A DNA stretch of 64,000 nt, taken from IMG/VR virus record IMGVR_UViG_3300001199_000003, positions 58,537 through 122,536 of that record; one strand, 5' to 3'. Shown one piece after another: positions 1 to 9,503 of the stretch (positions are counted from its first letter, which is position 1; the number at the start of each line of letters is the position of its first letter). Source of the stretch: a virus (Duplodnaviria > Heunggongvirae > Uroviricota > Caudoviricetes). The notes under the pieces are model-generated. The model did no database searches. It saw nothing but the letters and a program-made list of their open reading frames with translations, and was not told where the DNA came from. The position numbers were made by a program, and so were the translations under genes.

Positions 1-759
1 ACTGCAAACGTAGCTGGAACCGCAGGTAACTCAATTTTACTTACCGGTGACGGAATCACAGATTTAGTAGGTCTTGCTAGCACATGGAACACGGCTAACC
101 CTGGGAACGACATTGGCAGTATTTCTGGCGACACATCTCAGATTTTGGATAACGGTGCAACTATCCAGCTGGCTGGAGCTATAAACTCAACTCCTGCTTT
201 CAATATGGCAGCAGTTCAAGTTGGTGATACGGTTAAAATAGGCAACGTATTTAATACACTAAATCAAGGTGAATTCAAGATCATCGCAAAAGGCTCAAAT
301 TCTTTCACGGTTGAAAATTATACCGGTGTCAACGAGGGCCCAATCACTCTAGGATCTACTTTTGCTGACCAAATTCGCATCTTTAGCGCTGCTGGCGTTC
401 AAGAGGGCGATACTTTAGTGATTTCTGAAGGATTCTCCTCAGTCACTTTTGGCTCTTACAAGATCACTGACGTAACCGACAATTATATTGAATTTTACAG
501 CACTGCCGTTCTGCCGCAAGAAACTGGTATCTCTTCTGAATTAGCTATTTACTCTCAAGCTAAGAATTTGGTCTATTTAGAGTCTAATCAGAAATGTACG
601 GTTACTCTTAATGGAACTCAAATGGCGGCTATGGAACCTTTCGTAATCAATAACTCTAAACAACCTGGCGTCTTCATGTTGAAGGCCACTGTTTATTCAT
701 TCACCGTTACAAATAACAGTTTAGACACAGCTTCTTGCTTTGTCGCAACTGTTGAATAA
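1..759 (+). CDS. hypothetical protein, 5' end outside window
   Basis: Frame 1 is open from nt 1 with no stop before the track Met at 145. The ORF therefore continues upstream of the window. No recognisable motif. Confidence 0.5.
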   Translation, partial: TANVAGTAGNSILLTGDGITDLVGLASTWNTANPGNDIGSISGDTSQILDNGATIQLAGAINSTPAFNMAAVQVGDTVKIGNVFNTLNQGEFKIIAKGSNSFTVENYTGVNEGPITLGSTFADQIRIFSAAGVQEGDTLVISEGFSSVTFGSYKITDVTDNYIEFYSTAVLPQETGISSELAIYSQAKNLVYLESNQKCTVTLNGTQMAAMEPFVINNSKQPGVFMLKATVYSFTVTNNSLDTASCFVATVE

Positions 760-763
760 CGAA

Positions 764-772
764 TGTGATATA
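764..772 (+). promoter_or_regulatory. TGTGATATA extended -10-like motif; ATG 8 nt after the hexamer (leaderless?)
   Basis: Intergenic TGTGATATAGG immediately upstream of the ATG at 781. Confidence 0.3.
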
Positions 773-780
773 GGTAGGCT

Positions 781-2655
781 ATGAGCGAAGACAATAAAAC
801 CACAACTTTTAAACAGCCGACCGCAGAAGCGGTAGCCGCTGCTGAAGCTATTTCCAATTCAGTAAAAAACAAGGTTTCTTTCGCTTTAAGTGGAGAAGCT
901 GCTGAAAAGATGGAGAAATCCGGCGGTTTTGCAGCTACTGAAGCTGGTCAATTGATGATGGCTTTAGAGCAGGCTACCGGCTCTGCTGGGCCAAAGAAAG
1001 CTCCAGCACTCGCTTTTACTGAAAATCCTGCTCCATCTGATAATTACCTGGGCCTTTATAAGTCTAAACGTCGTCTTTTACCGGATGAAGTTCTAAAACA
1101 GATCCGTGTCCAAGATCATTTGATCGCAGCCATCTTACGTGCTCGTGGTTCAATGATGTCACTTTTTGGTAATCTCCAAAAAGACCGTTTTGATGTTGGT
1201 GTTAATGTAAAAATCAAAGATGACTTCCAGAAAATCCTAACTCCAGAGCAATACGAGAAAGTCGTTGCTCGTATGAAGCGTTTTGAGCAATTGCTCCTTA
1301 ACTGCGGTCACACTGAAGGCCTTGAGCACCAGGATCGCAAGACACTTGCTGAGTACCTAGATCTTCAAGCTCGTAACGGTCTTACTTTTGGCCGATTCGC
1401 TACAGAGGTTATTTACGACCGTGATGCGTCAGCAGATGCTAATGGAAACTTTCCATTTTTTCGTTTCAGAGCTGTCGATGTAGCTACTATCGTTCGTGCA
1501 GTTCGTAAGGGCGAAGCTATCGGGAATAACCTTCGAGTTACAGCCCTTAGAGCGCTTGAATCTTTAACCGGTGAGAAGATCAAAATTGATCTAGAATCCC
1601 TTAAAGAAGACAAATATGCCTGGTTACAAGTCATTGACGGTACTCCGCGCCAAGCTTTCACACATGAAGAAATGCTTGTTTTTGATCTTTTTCCATCTAC
1701 TGATATTGAGCATAACGGTTATCCTGTTTCCCCTATTGATACTGTCGTTAGTTCTATTACCACTCATATTAGTATTGATGCTTATAAGAAGCTCTATTTT
1801 CAGAACGGTCGTGCGTCTAAAGGGATGCTCGTCATCCAATCAGACGAAGTAGATCAACAAACTCTCGATAATATGAAACTTCAGTTCAACGCGTCTATTA
1901 ATAGCGTGTCGAACTCATTCCGTACACCTATTTTCGGTGTTGGTAAAGAAGATACGGTTGAATGGCTTTCAATGGTTGGAGAAGGGGCTCGTGATGCTGA
2001 CTTCCAATTCATGTATGACCAAGTAGCTCGTAATATTCTTTCAGCCTTCTCGATCAGTCCAGATGAATTGCCAGGATATGGCCACTTATCCAAGGGTACT
2101 AATTCTCAGACACTTTCTGAGTCAAATAACGAATTCAAACTAACTGCAGCTCGTGACACTGGTCTAAGACCAATGATCCTGAAGTTCCAGACATTCTTTA
2201 ATCAACGCCTGTTCCCGATCATGGACCCACTTTTGGCCAAGATCTGTGAAGTCAAATTCGCAGGCTTAGATGCACAGTCAAAAGAACAAGAATCTGCCCG
2301 TCTTCAACAAGACATGGCAATTCACATGACTTATGACGAAGTTCTCCATGAAGCTGATAAAGATAAGGTCGGTAAAGCTGCTGGTGGACAAGTTCCTTTC
2401 AACGAAAGATATCAGTTAATTCTAGATAAATACATGGATGTGGGTGCAGTTCGTAGTCGCTTCTTTGGCGATCCAGGTGCGATGGTAGACCCGCTTCAGA
2501 AATATAAGCGTGATCCATTCTTTATTCAATGGCTACAGTTGTTAGCTCAGACTAATCCTGCAGCAGTCCAAGCGCTATTCGCACCTAAACCTTATGCGCT
2601 TGAATTCTTAAAAATGAACATTCAAGACGAAATAGATGGAGAAGATAATGTCTAA
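781..2655 (+). CDS. putative portal protein
   Basis: 624 aa. Size and position immediately upstream of a scaffold-like and a Mu-F-like head morphogenesis gene. No diagnostic motif recognised. Confidence 0.4.
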   Translation: MSEDNKTTTFKQPTAEAVAAAEAISNSVKNKVSFALSGEAAEKMEKSGGFAATEAGQLMMALEQATGSAGPKKAPALAFTENPAPSDNYLGLYKSKRRLLPDEVLKQIRVQDHLIAAILRARGSMMSLFGNLQKDRFDVGVNVKIKDDFQKILTPEQYEKVVARMKRFEQLLLNCGHTEGLEHQDRKTLAEYLDLQARNGLTFGRFATEVIYDRDASADANGNFPFFRFRAVDVATIVRAVRKGEAIGNNLRVTALRALESLTGEKIKIDLESLKEDKYAWLQVIDGTPRQAFTHEEMLVFDLFPSTDIEHNGYPVSPIDTVVSSITTHISIDAYKKLYFQNGRASKGMLVIQSDEVDQQTLDNMKLQFNASINSVSNSFRTPIFGVGKEDTVEWLSMVGEGARDADFQFMYDQVARNILSAFSISPDELPGYGHLSKGTNSQTLSESNNEFKLTAARDTGLRPMILKFQTFFNQRLFPIMDPLLAKICEVKFAGLDAQSKEQESARLQQDMAIHMTYDEVLHEADKDKVGKAAGGQVPFNERYQLILDKYMDVGAVRSRFFGDPGAMVDPLQKYKRDPFFIQWLQLLAQTNPAAVQALFAPKPYALEFLKMNIQDEIDGEDNV

Positions 2656-3298
2656 TTCACAAGTAAACTACAAACAGAAATATGAAGAACTTAAGATGAA
2701 GTTCATGGAGTCAGTCGATACTGCCTTCCGTCTTGGTTTTGAACAAGGTGCTGTGCAAGGTATGCAAGATGCTCAAATGCAGCAACAACAAGCTCAACAA
2801 GAAGCTGAACAGAATGCTGCTGGTATCGGCCAAGGCCAAGGTTCTGAGGGATCTCCTGCAGGCACTGAGCAGATGGAAAACCCAAATGGCGGAGGAATTG
2901 ATGATGTTCCAGATTCTGAGAATCCGGCTGGATCTGAGCTTGATCAACATATTGCTAAACTTGAATCTATGGTTTCTAAGTCTGAAACCCCTTTTGCTGA
3001 TTTAGCTAAAGCCATATCTGATCTTAAATCTGTTCGTAAGTCTCAGACTAACAACATCACTTTTGGCCGTGAAATGAAAAAGTCTACCCAAGCTATCTCT
3101 GGTATCGCAAAAGCTCTTCATAAGCCAGCTTTCAAGCTTAGTGTTCAGGCTTCTCATAATATGAATTCTAACGCTAAATCAGCGGTTGGGATGCAAGAGA
3201 AGATCGTCGGAGACATCATGAAATCATGGGCAGAAGAAGAGAAAACTGCAACTTCAGATATTCAAAAGATTTTAAATACGGTCCAGAAGAAGGATTAA
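2636..3298 (+). CDS. Gln/Glu-rich protein, possible scaffolding protein
   Basis: Low-complexity QQQQAQQEAEQ segment and an acidic region. Sits between the portal-like and head morphogenesis genes. The true start may be ATG at 2648. Confidence 0.35.
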   Translation: MEKIMSNSQVNYKQKYEELKMKFMESVDTAFRLGFEQGAVQGMQDAQMQQQQAQQEAEQNAAGIGQGQGSEGSPAGTEQMENPNGGGIDDVPDSENPAGSELDQHIAKLESMVSKSETPFADLAKAISDLKSVRKSQTNNITFGREMKKSTQAISGIAKALHKPAFKLSVQASHNMNSNAKSAVGMQEKIVGDIMKSWAEEEKTATSDIQKILNTVQKKD

Positions 3299-3552
3299 TT
3301 GTGATCCAGATACCTCCACATCTTAAATTGGACTTTGATTCATTGTCTTCTGCTCAACAGCAGAAGTTCATGGAATTAGCCCATTGGGGAGCTGCAGGTA
3401 GTCAGGGAAATTTAATTATTACGGACGCTTCTTTCGAGCGTATCTTCAACAGTATTAAGCAAATGGGCGAAGAGCCTTTAACTCCTATTGAGCCTGACAC
3501 TTCCGTAAATCACGATTGGGACTTTGATCCAAAGCAAAATAAGGGGCGCTAA
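3226..3552 (+). CDS. hypothetical protein
   Basis: Track ORF. Overlaps the upstream gene by 72 nt, so the real start may be GTG near 3301, which has an AAGAAGGA-like RBS. Confidence 0.4.
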   Translation: MGRRRENCNFRYSKDFKYGPEEGLIVIQIPPHLKLDFDSLSSAQQQKFMELAHWGAAGSQGNLIITDASFERIFNSIKQMGEEPLTPIEPDTSVNHDWDFDPKQNKGR

Positions 3553-4323
3553 ATGTTCGGCATGAATAGTTCTAGCAAGGAACAAATCGCCGAAGTAGTC
3601 GAAAAAATGTTCGACTCAATTGCGCTCCAGTTCATCGGTGATATTCCAAAACTCAAAGACAAGAAAATGCTCGTTATTAGCTCTAAGCGAAACTATGGCC
3701 TTAGCCATTTGTTCGTTCAGGCTATGCAAAATAAAACTCCTAACGCTCTTGAGCAAGACGTTCTTAAATCTCTCTTAGAGAGCGCTTACGGCTACATTGA
3801 ATCCCTTAAAAATAGAACCAAATCAAATGTTACAGAAAGACTTGATGGAATCGTGCGTGAAGCCAAATTAGGTGGAGCAGATGCTAACCCTGAAGCAATC
3901 CGTGATGTTTTGGCCGAAGAACTTGGGAAAGCTAGAAGTCACCTAAGGGCCATCGCAGAGTCCGAAGCTACTAAGCTCAGAAATCTTGGTACAATGATGG
4001 ATATTTCTCGTGTTGCAGCAAACCTGGGCGATCATGACCCTACGGTATTCTTTGTTGTGGTTAAAGATGGAAGTACCTGTAAAGAGTGTATTCGACTTCA
4101 TTTAATGCCAGATCAGATGACCCCTAGACTGTGGAAATTCTCAGAGCTTAAGCAGGGATACCATAAGCGTTCAGACAATAACCCCTCTGCTTTTGGCTTA
4201 CACCCTCACTGTCGATGTACGCTAACCTATCTATCATCTGGTTTCGGTTTCAACAAGCAAGGCCTTGTTTCTTATCAAAGTGAAGACTACGACGCTTACT
4301 CACGTCAAAGAAAAGCTAGCTAA
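3553..4323 (+). CDS. head morphogenesis protein, Mu gpF / SPP1 gp7-like
   Basis: C-terminal GLHPHCRCT resembles the conserved HPNCRC motif of the Phage_Mu_F family. Located downstream of the portal-like gene. Confidence 0.5.
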   Translation: MFGMNSSSKEQIAEVVEKMFDSIALQFIGDIPKLKDKKMLVISSKRNYGLSHLFVQAMQNKTPNALEQDVLKSLLESAYGYIESLKNRTKSNVTERLDGIVREAKLGGADANPEAIRDVLAEELGKARSHLRAIAESEATKLRNLGTMMDISRVAANLGDHDPTVFFVVVKDGSTCKECIRLHLMPDQMTPRLWKFSELKQGYHKRSDNNPSAFGLHPHCRCTLTYLSSGFGFNKQGLVSYQSEDYDAYSRQRKAS

Positions 4324-4335
4324 AAATTCTAATAT

Positions 4336-4344
4336 CTGATATAT
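4336..4344 (+). promoter_or_regulatory. CTGATATAT extended -10-like motif; same spacing to the ATG at 4353
   Basis: Variant motif 8 nt upstream of the ATG at 4353. Confidence 0.3.
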
Positions 4345-4349
4345 TCAGG

Positions 4350-5876
4350 TTGATGCAGTTTGAAATAATTTCACCCACTAAAGCCTATGTTGTTGACGCA
4401 ACACCCCTAGAAATTGAGTCTTTGACTAAATCGCTGAGTTACGTCAATACAGCGTTTAAGCACCAAGCAAAAAGACATTATGAAAACAAGTGGCTTAGAA
4501 ATAAGAATAAAATTGCCTGGGAAAAGAAGCTTGAAGAGCTTAAGTCTAGGATTAATAACTGCCTAGTGTTTACGGACGACAGCGGAAAACGCTTCATTCG
4601 TCCAGGTTCCATTCCTTATCTGGAAATCCCAGATAGCCAAATCAAAAATCTCATAGTTTACCCAAAACCTAAAAAAGTGCCATGGGCTAAGCCTTTACCG
4701 TTCGATCTTTACGATTACCAAGACATGTCAGTCGAAAAACTGATAGAAATCAAGCATGGTAGCGTAGAATTATGTACCGGTGCTGGTAAATCTGCCATTA
4801 TTTTGCAAATTTGCAGAGAAACTGGCTTTAAAACGTGCGTTATCGCACCTTCTCAATCAATTTTCAATGAATTGTTAGAAAAATTTGAACATCATCTTGG
4901 TAAAGATAAAGTTGGAGCCCTAGGAGACGGTAAGCGCCGTCTTGGGAAACGATTTACGATCTGTATTGGCGATTCCATTGCGAATCTTAAGCCTGGTTCT
5001 GCCGAATATGAAGAATTTGCTAAAATGGACATGATGATCGTTGATGAATCCCATACGTGGGGAGCTGATACTCTAGAAGCTATATGTCATGGCGTTCTTC
5101 AAGATGTTCCTTACCGCCTGTTCATGTCAGGTACGCAAACGCGTGGTGACGGCGCAGAGAGACTACTACAAAGTATTATAGGTAAGACAGTCCACACACT
5201 TACAACTAAAGAGGCTATCGCAGGTGGCTACATCTGTGACCATGATTTTACTATTGTGGATATTGAATCTTCTAATCCAAACATCCAATCTGGCGATATT
5301 CTTGAGATGAAGCGTATCCATTTCTTGCGTAATAAAAACGTAGCCGCCTTTATTGCTAAATTGGCCAACGCTTCTGCCATGGCTTCAAATCACCAGACAC
5401 TTGTTTTGGTCGAAGAGCTATCTCAGATTGCTATGCTAATTCCGTTACTTAAAGTACCTTACGCCTATGCTCATTCCGAATCATCTAAAATGAAGCTTGC
5501 AGAGCTAGAAGCGTCAAGCGGTGTTTTATTGGAAAAAGTAGATAGGGCTGATTCGGTTGAAAAATTCAATAAATCTGAAGCCAAAGTATTGATCGGGACT
5601 TCATGTATAGCGACTGGTACTAATATCTTTCCTACTCATAACACTTGTAACTGGGTTGGTGGATCTTCTGAGATCAAAACTAAGCAAGGAGCCGTGGGGC
5701 GTAGCGTCAGAAAAGATGGAGCTAACCCATGGCGTGATAAGTGTGCTCCTAAGCCTAAGTCTAAGATTTTCGACTTCAATATTTATGATCAATTCCCACT
5801 CAAAAAGATGCTCGAAGAGCGTATTCTGTGCTACCGTGATTCCGGTACGGAAATCAAGCGTATCAAGCTGAAATAG
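4350..5876 (+). CDS. superfamily-2 DNA/RNA helicase
   Basis: Walker A CTGAGKSAI, DExH box MIVDESHTW and a later motif VI-like segment. Confidence 0.7.
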   Translation: MMQFEIISPTKAYVVDATPLEIESLTKSLSYVNTAFKHQAKRHYENKWLRNKNKIAWEKKLEELKSRINNCLVFTDDSGKRFIRPGSIPYLEIPDSQIKNLIVYPKPKKVPWAKPLPFDLYDYQDMSVEKLIEIKHGSVELCTGAGKSAIILQICRETGFKTCVIAPSQSIFNELLEKFEHHLGKDKVGALGDGKRRLGKRFTICIGDSIANLKPGSAEYEEFAKMDMMIVDESHTWGADTLEAICHGVLQDVPYRLFMSGTQTRGDGAERLLQSIIGKTVHTLTTKEAIAGGYICDHDFTIVDIESSNPNIQSGDILEMKRIHFLRNKNVAAFIAKLANASAMASNHQTLVLVEELSQIAMLIPLLKVPYAYAHSESSKMKLAELEASSGVLLEKVDRADSVEKFNKSEAKVLIGTSCIATGTNIFPTHNTCNWVGGSSEIKTKQGAVGRSVRKDGANPWRDKCAPKPKSKIFDFNIYDQFPLKKMLEERILCYRDSGTEIKRIKLK

Positions 5877-5883
5877 CTTAAGA

Positions 5884-5892
5884 TGTGATATA
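5884..5892 (+). promoter_or_regulatory. TGTGATATA extended -10-like motif upstream of the sigma gene
   Basis: Motif 45 nt upstream of the ATG at 5937, with an AAGGAA RBS in the leader. Confidence 0.35.
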
Positions 5893-5936
5893 TCTCTTAT
5901 GAGCCCAAGCAAGGGCAAGTAAGGAATAATATCACC

Positions 5937-6977
5937 ATGTCGAAGTACAAAAAAACCGAAGTTTTCGATAACTCGTTTTACAAATTCGCAGAAGAAGTAA
6001 CTGAACGTATTAAAGCCAATAAGGACGGTACGGATCAGAAGCAGCAAGTGGAAGAACTACTTGATGCTGAGATCAAGTTTAAAGAGACTATTCTTAAATA
6101 TCGCCAGTCTACTAAAGTCTACATGAAGTTCTGGAATAAAGTCTGTATCACCAATAAGAATATCTTATCGGCGAGACCTTATTTTAGAGAAACCGCTATC
6201 GCCTTCAGTAAAGAAATCACCCCAGCCATTAAAATTACTGATATAGAAGCCATAAAAACTTTCGATATTAACTATCAACTTATTAAATTCATTAGAGACA
6301 ATTGGGAAGGCCCGTTCCCTGCGCGAGCCGAACAGCTATTTTGGCGTGTCCATAAAGCCCGCGAAGTCCTAATCGAAAATAACATGCCTTTAGCTATTAA
6401 CCGTGCGAAATTATTCTACAGAAAAACTCCAAAGTCCCATCTTACTCTTATGGATATGATCGGGATTTGCGGTATGGGTTTAGCTGCCGGTATTGATAAA
6501 TGGTGCGGTAAGTATTCTCCAGTCTTTAGATCGGTTTGTATTGGCCGAATGGTTGGAAATCTTATTGACAGTTATTCCGAGACCATGTTACACTTCTATC
6601 CAAGCGACAAGCGCGTCCTGTACAAAGCCCATACGATTAGAGGCCGCAGAGGGATAGATGAAATCCACGCACTTACCGCAGCAGTGAATCAATCCTTCAA
6701 AGACGATGGTCTAGAAGGAAAATCAGTTCCGAAGGAAGAGGTTACAGTCAGTGAACTTAGCTATCTTATGAGCGCAGCATCAACCGTTAGCGCCGACCAA
6801 ACAGTGAGTGTGAACGACGAAGGAAGCTTTGGAGTTTACGACTACACACCGGATGAGAGCCAAGACATTGAAGGTAATTACATGGAAATGGAAACTACTG
6901 CACACATGCTTGCTTTGGCTGCTAAATTACCATTATTACATAGAAAAGTTCTAAGATTAAAGGGGATAAAACTATGA
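5937..6977 (+). CDS. RNA polymerase sigma-70 family factor
   Basis: AINRAKLFYRKTPKSHLTLMDMIGICGMGLAAGIDKW...FRSVCIGRMVGNLI aligns with sigma-70 regions 2.1-2.4 (LVVSIAKKY...LDLIQEGNIGLMKAVDKF...FSTYATWWIRQAI). Confidence 0.55.
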   Translation: MSKYKKTEVFDNSFYKFAEEVTERIKANKDGTDQKQQVEELLDAEIKFKETILKYRQSTKVYMKFWNKVCITNKNILSARPYFRETAIAFSKEITPAIKITDIEAIKTFDINYQLIKFIRDNWEGPFPARAEQLFWRVHKAREVLIENNMPLAINRAKLFYRKTPKSHLTLMDMIGICGMGLAAGIDKWCGKYSPVFRSVCIGRMVGNLIDSYSETMLHFYPSDKRVLYKAHTIRGRRGIDEIHALTAAVNQSFKDDGLEGKSVPKEEVTVSELSYLMSAASTVSADQTVSVNDEGSFGVYDYTPDESQDIEGNYMEMETTAHMLALAAKLPLLHRKVLRLKGIKL

Positions 6978-7426
6978 GCGAACAAGTAAATCCAATACAT
7001 GGGACCAGAGATGGTGCAGAATGTCCTGGATGTTCACATGAAAGCCATTTTGAGGAGAAATCTATGAGTATTGAAAAAGATCGCACGGTAGGATATGCTC
7101 AACCAGGACCTAAAGCTCCTCCTCACGCTATGAACGGTAGATTTATTCTGGAAACCTACAAAGAAGATCGCGCTCTAAAAGCTACGGTTTCAAATGGTTT
7201 CGCTATGGTTCAACAGAAAGTGTCTCTCAAAGGCCTCACTGTTTTGGCTGATGTGTTTTCGCCTGTTAACGGTCAACCGCTTGCGCGTAGAGGCGATAAA
7301 GCTTTTATTCGTGAAGCATCTCTTCAGTCACAGCCATGGGCTAAAGCTTCTTTTACTGCAGATGGTATTGAAGGCGAGTTCATGATTGTTGAAATGACCT
7401 ATATCGAATTCGTGGATCATAAATAA
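6974..7426 (+). CDS. hypothetical protein
   Basis: Track ORF. Start overlaps the upstream stop (ATGA). Confidence 0.5.
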   Translation: MSEQVNPIHGTRDGAECPGCSHESHFEEKSMSIEKDRTVGYAQPGPKAPPHAMNGRFILETYKEDRALKATVSNGFAMVQQKVSLKGLTVLADVFSPVNGQPLARRGDKAFIREASLQSQPWAKASFTADGIEGEFMIVEMTYIEFVDHK

Positions 7427-8409
7427 TGAAAATCTTGCGAGTGGGCGACCCACACATTAGACCAAGCAATATTCCTGAAGCTGAGAAGCTCATGCAGTTT
7501 GTTTTGACTCTTGTCAAAAACGCAAAAGTTGACCGTCTTGAGCTGCTCGGCGATCTTTTCCATACTCACGCTGTAGTTAGATTAGAGGTTCTGGAGTTCT
7601 GGAATAAATGGCTCCAAGTGTTCTCTGATATAATAGAGACAGTGGTCCTTGTTGGGAACCATGACCAAGGCGGTGATCACCATTCTGGTACTCACGCGCT
7701 TGAGGTGTTCAAGAGGATCAACAGTGGAAAACTCAGAATCATCGACAGAGCAACAGTTATCGGACCTTTCCTCTATATGCCGTACATTCACGATGGAGGA
7801 GTATTCGTCAATACTGTACGCGGATTTAGTGGTAAGGAAGCCAGGATACTGGTGTGTCATCAAACCTTTAGCGGTTCACAGTTCGACAACGGATTTTACG
7901 CCCCAGAAGGAATCAATCCCGATGATATCCCATTTGATACCATCATCTCCGGCCATATCCACAAAGAGCAGGTTCTCGCGGGAGGAAAAGTTGATTATCC
8001 TGGCACTGCTAAGTGGGATACTGCTTCTGACGCTAATGAGCGTAAGGGTGTTTGGCTATATGAACACGACGATGTAACTGGAAAGGTTATTAATCGTGAC
8101 ATGATCTCTACCGAGAAAGTCGTAACCCCAATCGTGTCTTTTAAATGGATCGAAGGTGAAGAAGCTCCGGTAATCCCTGAAGGCGCTAAAGCATCCATCG
8201 AGCTTATTGGCTCAAGTGATTGGATTACTAAACAGAAGTCTAAACTTAAGGGCAAGGTCTCGATTAGCTCTAAATTTACAGATAAGAAAGAAAGAGCTAA
8301 CAGAGTAGTTGTTAAATCTTTTGAGATTTTCTTGACAGAATATTATGGCCCGTTGGACCCGAATCGTTACGCATTGATCGCTTTCGCTAAGGAGATCGGA
8401 ATTGTCTAG
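7426..8409 (+). CDS. sbcD: SbcD/Mre11-like metallophosphoesterase nuclease
   Basis: Calcineurin-like motifs: GDPH near the N-terminus, GDLFH, GNHD and GHIH. Confidence 0.65.
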   Translation: MKILRVGDPHIRPSNIPEAEKLMQFVLTLVKNAKVDRLELLGDLFHTHAVVRLEVLEFWNKWLQVFSDIIETVVLVGNHDQGGDHHSGTHALEVFKRINSGKLRIIDRATVIGPFLYMPYIHDGGVFVNTVRGFSGKEARILVCHQTFSGSQFDNGFYAPEGINPDDIPFDTIISGHIHKEQVLAGGKVDYPGTAKWDTASDANERKGVWLYEHDDVTGKVINRDMISTEKVVTPIVSFKWIEGEEAPVIPEGAKASIELIGSSDWITKQKSKLKGKVSISSKFTDKKERANRVVVKSFEIFLTEYYGPLDPNRYALIAFAKEIGIV

Positions 8410-8803
8410 TTCCACCGAAGAACAAGTCAGGGAAATGGCGAAATTGACGCTACTGACCAATAAGATGAATCCCATTCAGGAGAAAAACCTGAAGATGTAT
8501 CCACTTGTCTTTTTTAATGGAATTAAGTCGGCTAAGGTAGATTTTGACCTTTCAAACGATCAGATGTTAGTCGATAGTAACGAAAATAAGTCAGATCTGG
8601 AAATTACCTATCAATTTAACAAAGCAGAGACTCGACATCTCAGAGTTTCATACCATCTTGAAATTGAAGAAAACGCCGATAATAGCTCAATTGATGCTCG
8701 TTATTTGGCCATAACGAAGGCTGTCCGAAACCTTTTCTTTAAAGAGACAAAGGTCCAGGTGTTTATCAATGATAAGCTAGCCTATGAGAGTAAAAATGTC
8801 TGA
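8402..8803 (+). CDS. hypothetical protein
   Basis: Track ORF in the gene chain. Confidence 0.5.
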   Translation: MSSSTEEQVREMAKLTLLTNKMNPIQEKNLKMYPLVFFNGIKSAKVDFDLSNDQMLVDSNENKSDLEITYQFNKAETRHLRVSYHLEIEENADNSSIDARYLAITKAVRNLFFKETKVQVFINDKLAYESKNV

Positions 8804-9458
8804 AGAAAACAAACCAGCAGTAGTGGACAGCATATCTAACGATTTTACCCAGTATGATCTGGATACTATTAAAGCCTATCAAGAGAATGGCCTTCAGGGT
8901 ATAGACTCAGTTAATGAGAAACAGATAGAATCCATCTTAGAGATGTATCTTTCAGGTAAAACCTATCGTCAGATCGCTCTTACGATGCGAATGAAGAAAG
9001 AAATTGTCCTTTATTTGTCTTTTAAGTTCAATTGGTATGCTATCCGTAAGGATTATTTGACCGATATAGAAAATTCTATGCGGGATCGCGTATTAGAAGC
9101 TAGAATCGTCAATCAAGATTTCCTGCTTCAACTTCAAGCTATGTGGCAGAAAAAGATTGGAACTAAAATTGCTAAGTATCTATCTACCGATAACGAAGAA
9201 TTTGCTAACGAAATTGACCTTAAAGAAGTAGATAAGTATCTTAAGACCGTGGAACTATTGCAGAAACTTGCTGGAGAAGGTAAGCTTCCAGCTGACAATA
9301 ATCGTCCTCTAATTGGAGTGAACGCTGGTGATGGAGTAACTATTACTCGCACTGGCGAAAATTCTATGGAGATCACCCCTAAGAGTAAAGCTATCGGGGA
9401 TGCACTTAAAATGTTCGCCGATTCACGAAGAGAAGAAGAGAAAAAGCCGATTAAATAA
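8784..9458 (+). CDS. hypothetical protein with HTH-like segment
   Basis: Track ORF. GKTYRQIALTM looks like a helix-turn-helix. Terminase small subunit was considered but is not supported. Confidence 0.45.
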   Translation: MRVKMSEENKPAVVDSISNDFTQYDLDTIKAYQENGLQGIDSVNEKQIESILEMYLSGKTYRQIALTMRMKKEIVLYLSFKFNWYAIRKDYLTDIENSMRDRVLEARIVNQDFLLQLQAMWQKKIGTKIAKYLSTDNEEFANEIDLKEVDKYLKTVELLQKLAGEGKLPADNNRPLIGVNAGDGVTITRTGENSMEITPKSKAIGDALKMFADSRREEEKKPIK

Positions 9459-9462
9459 CATC

Positions 9463-9471
9463 TGTGATATA
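9463..9471 (+). promoter_or_regulatory. TGTGATATA extended -10-like motif
   Basis: TGTGATATAAG (TGa + TATAAG) 33 nt upstream of the ATG at 9504, with a GGAG RBS. Confidence 0.35.
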
Positions 9472-9503
9472 AGTAATTCAAGACCCACTGGGCAGGAGAA
9501 AAA

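Noticed and set aside
8784-9458. Terminase small subunit assignment
   Set aside because: Only an HTH-like segment and genomic position support it. No terminase large subunit is nearby, so it is left as hypothetical.
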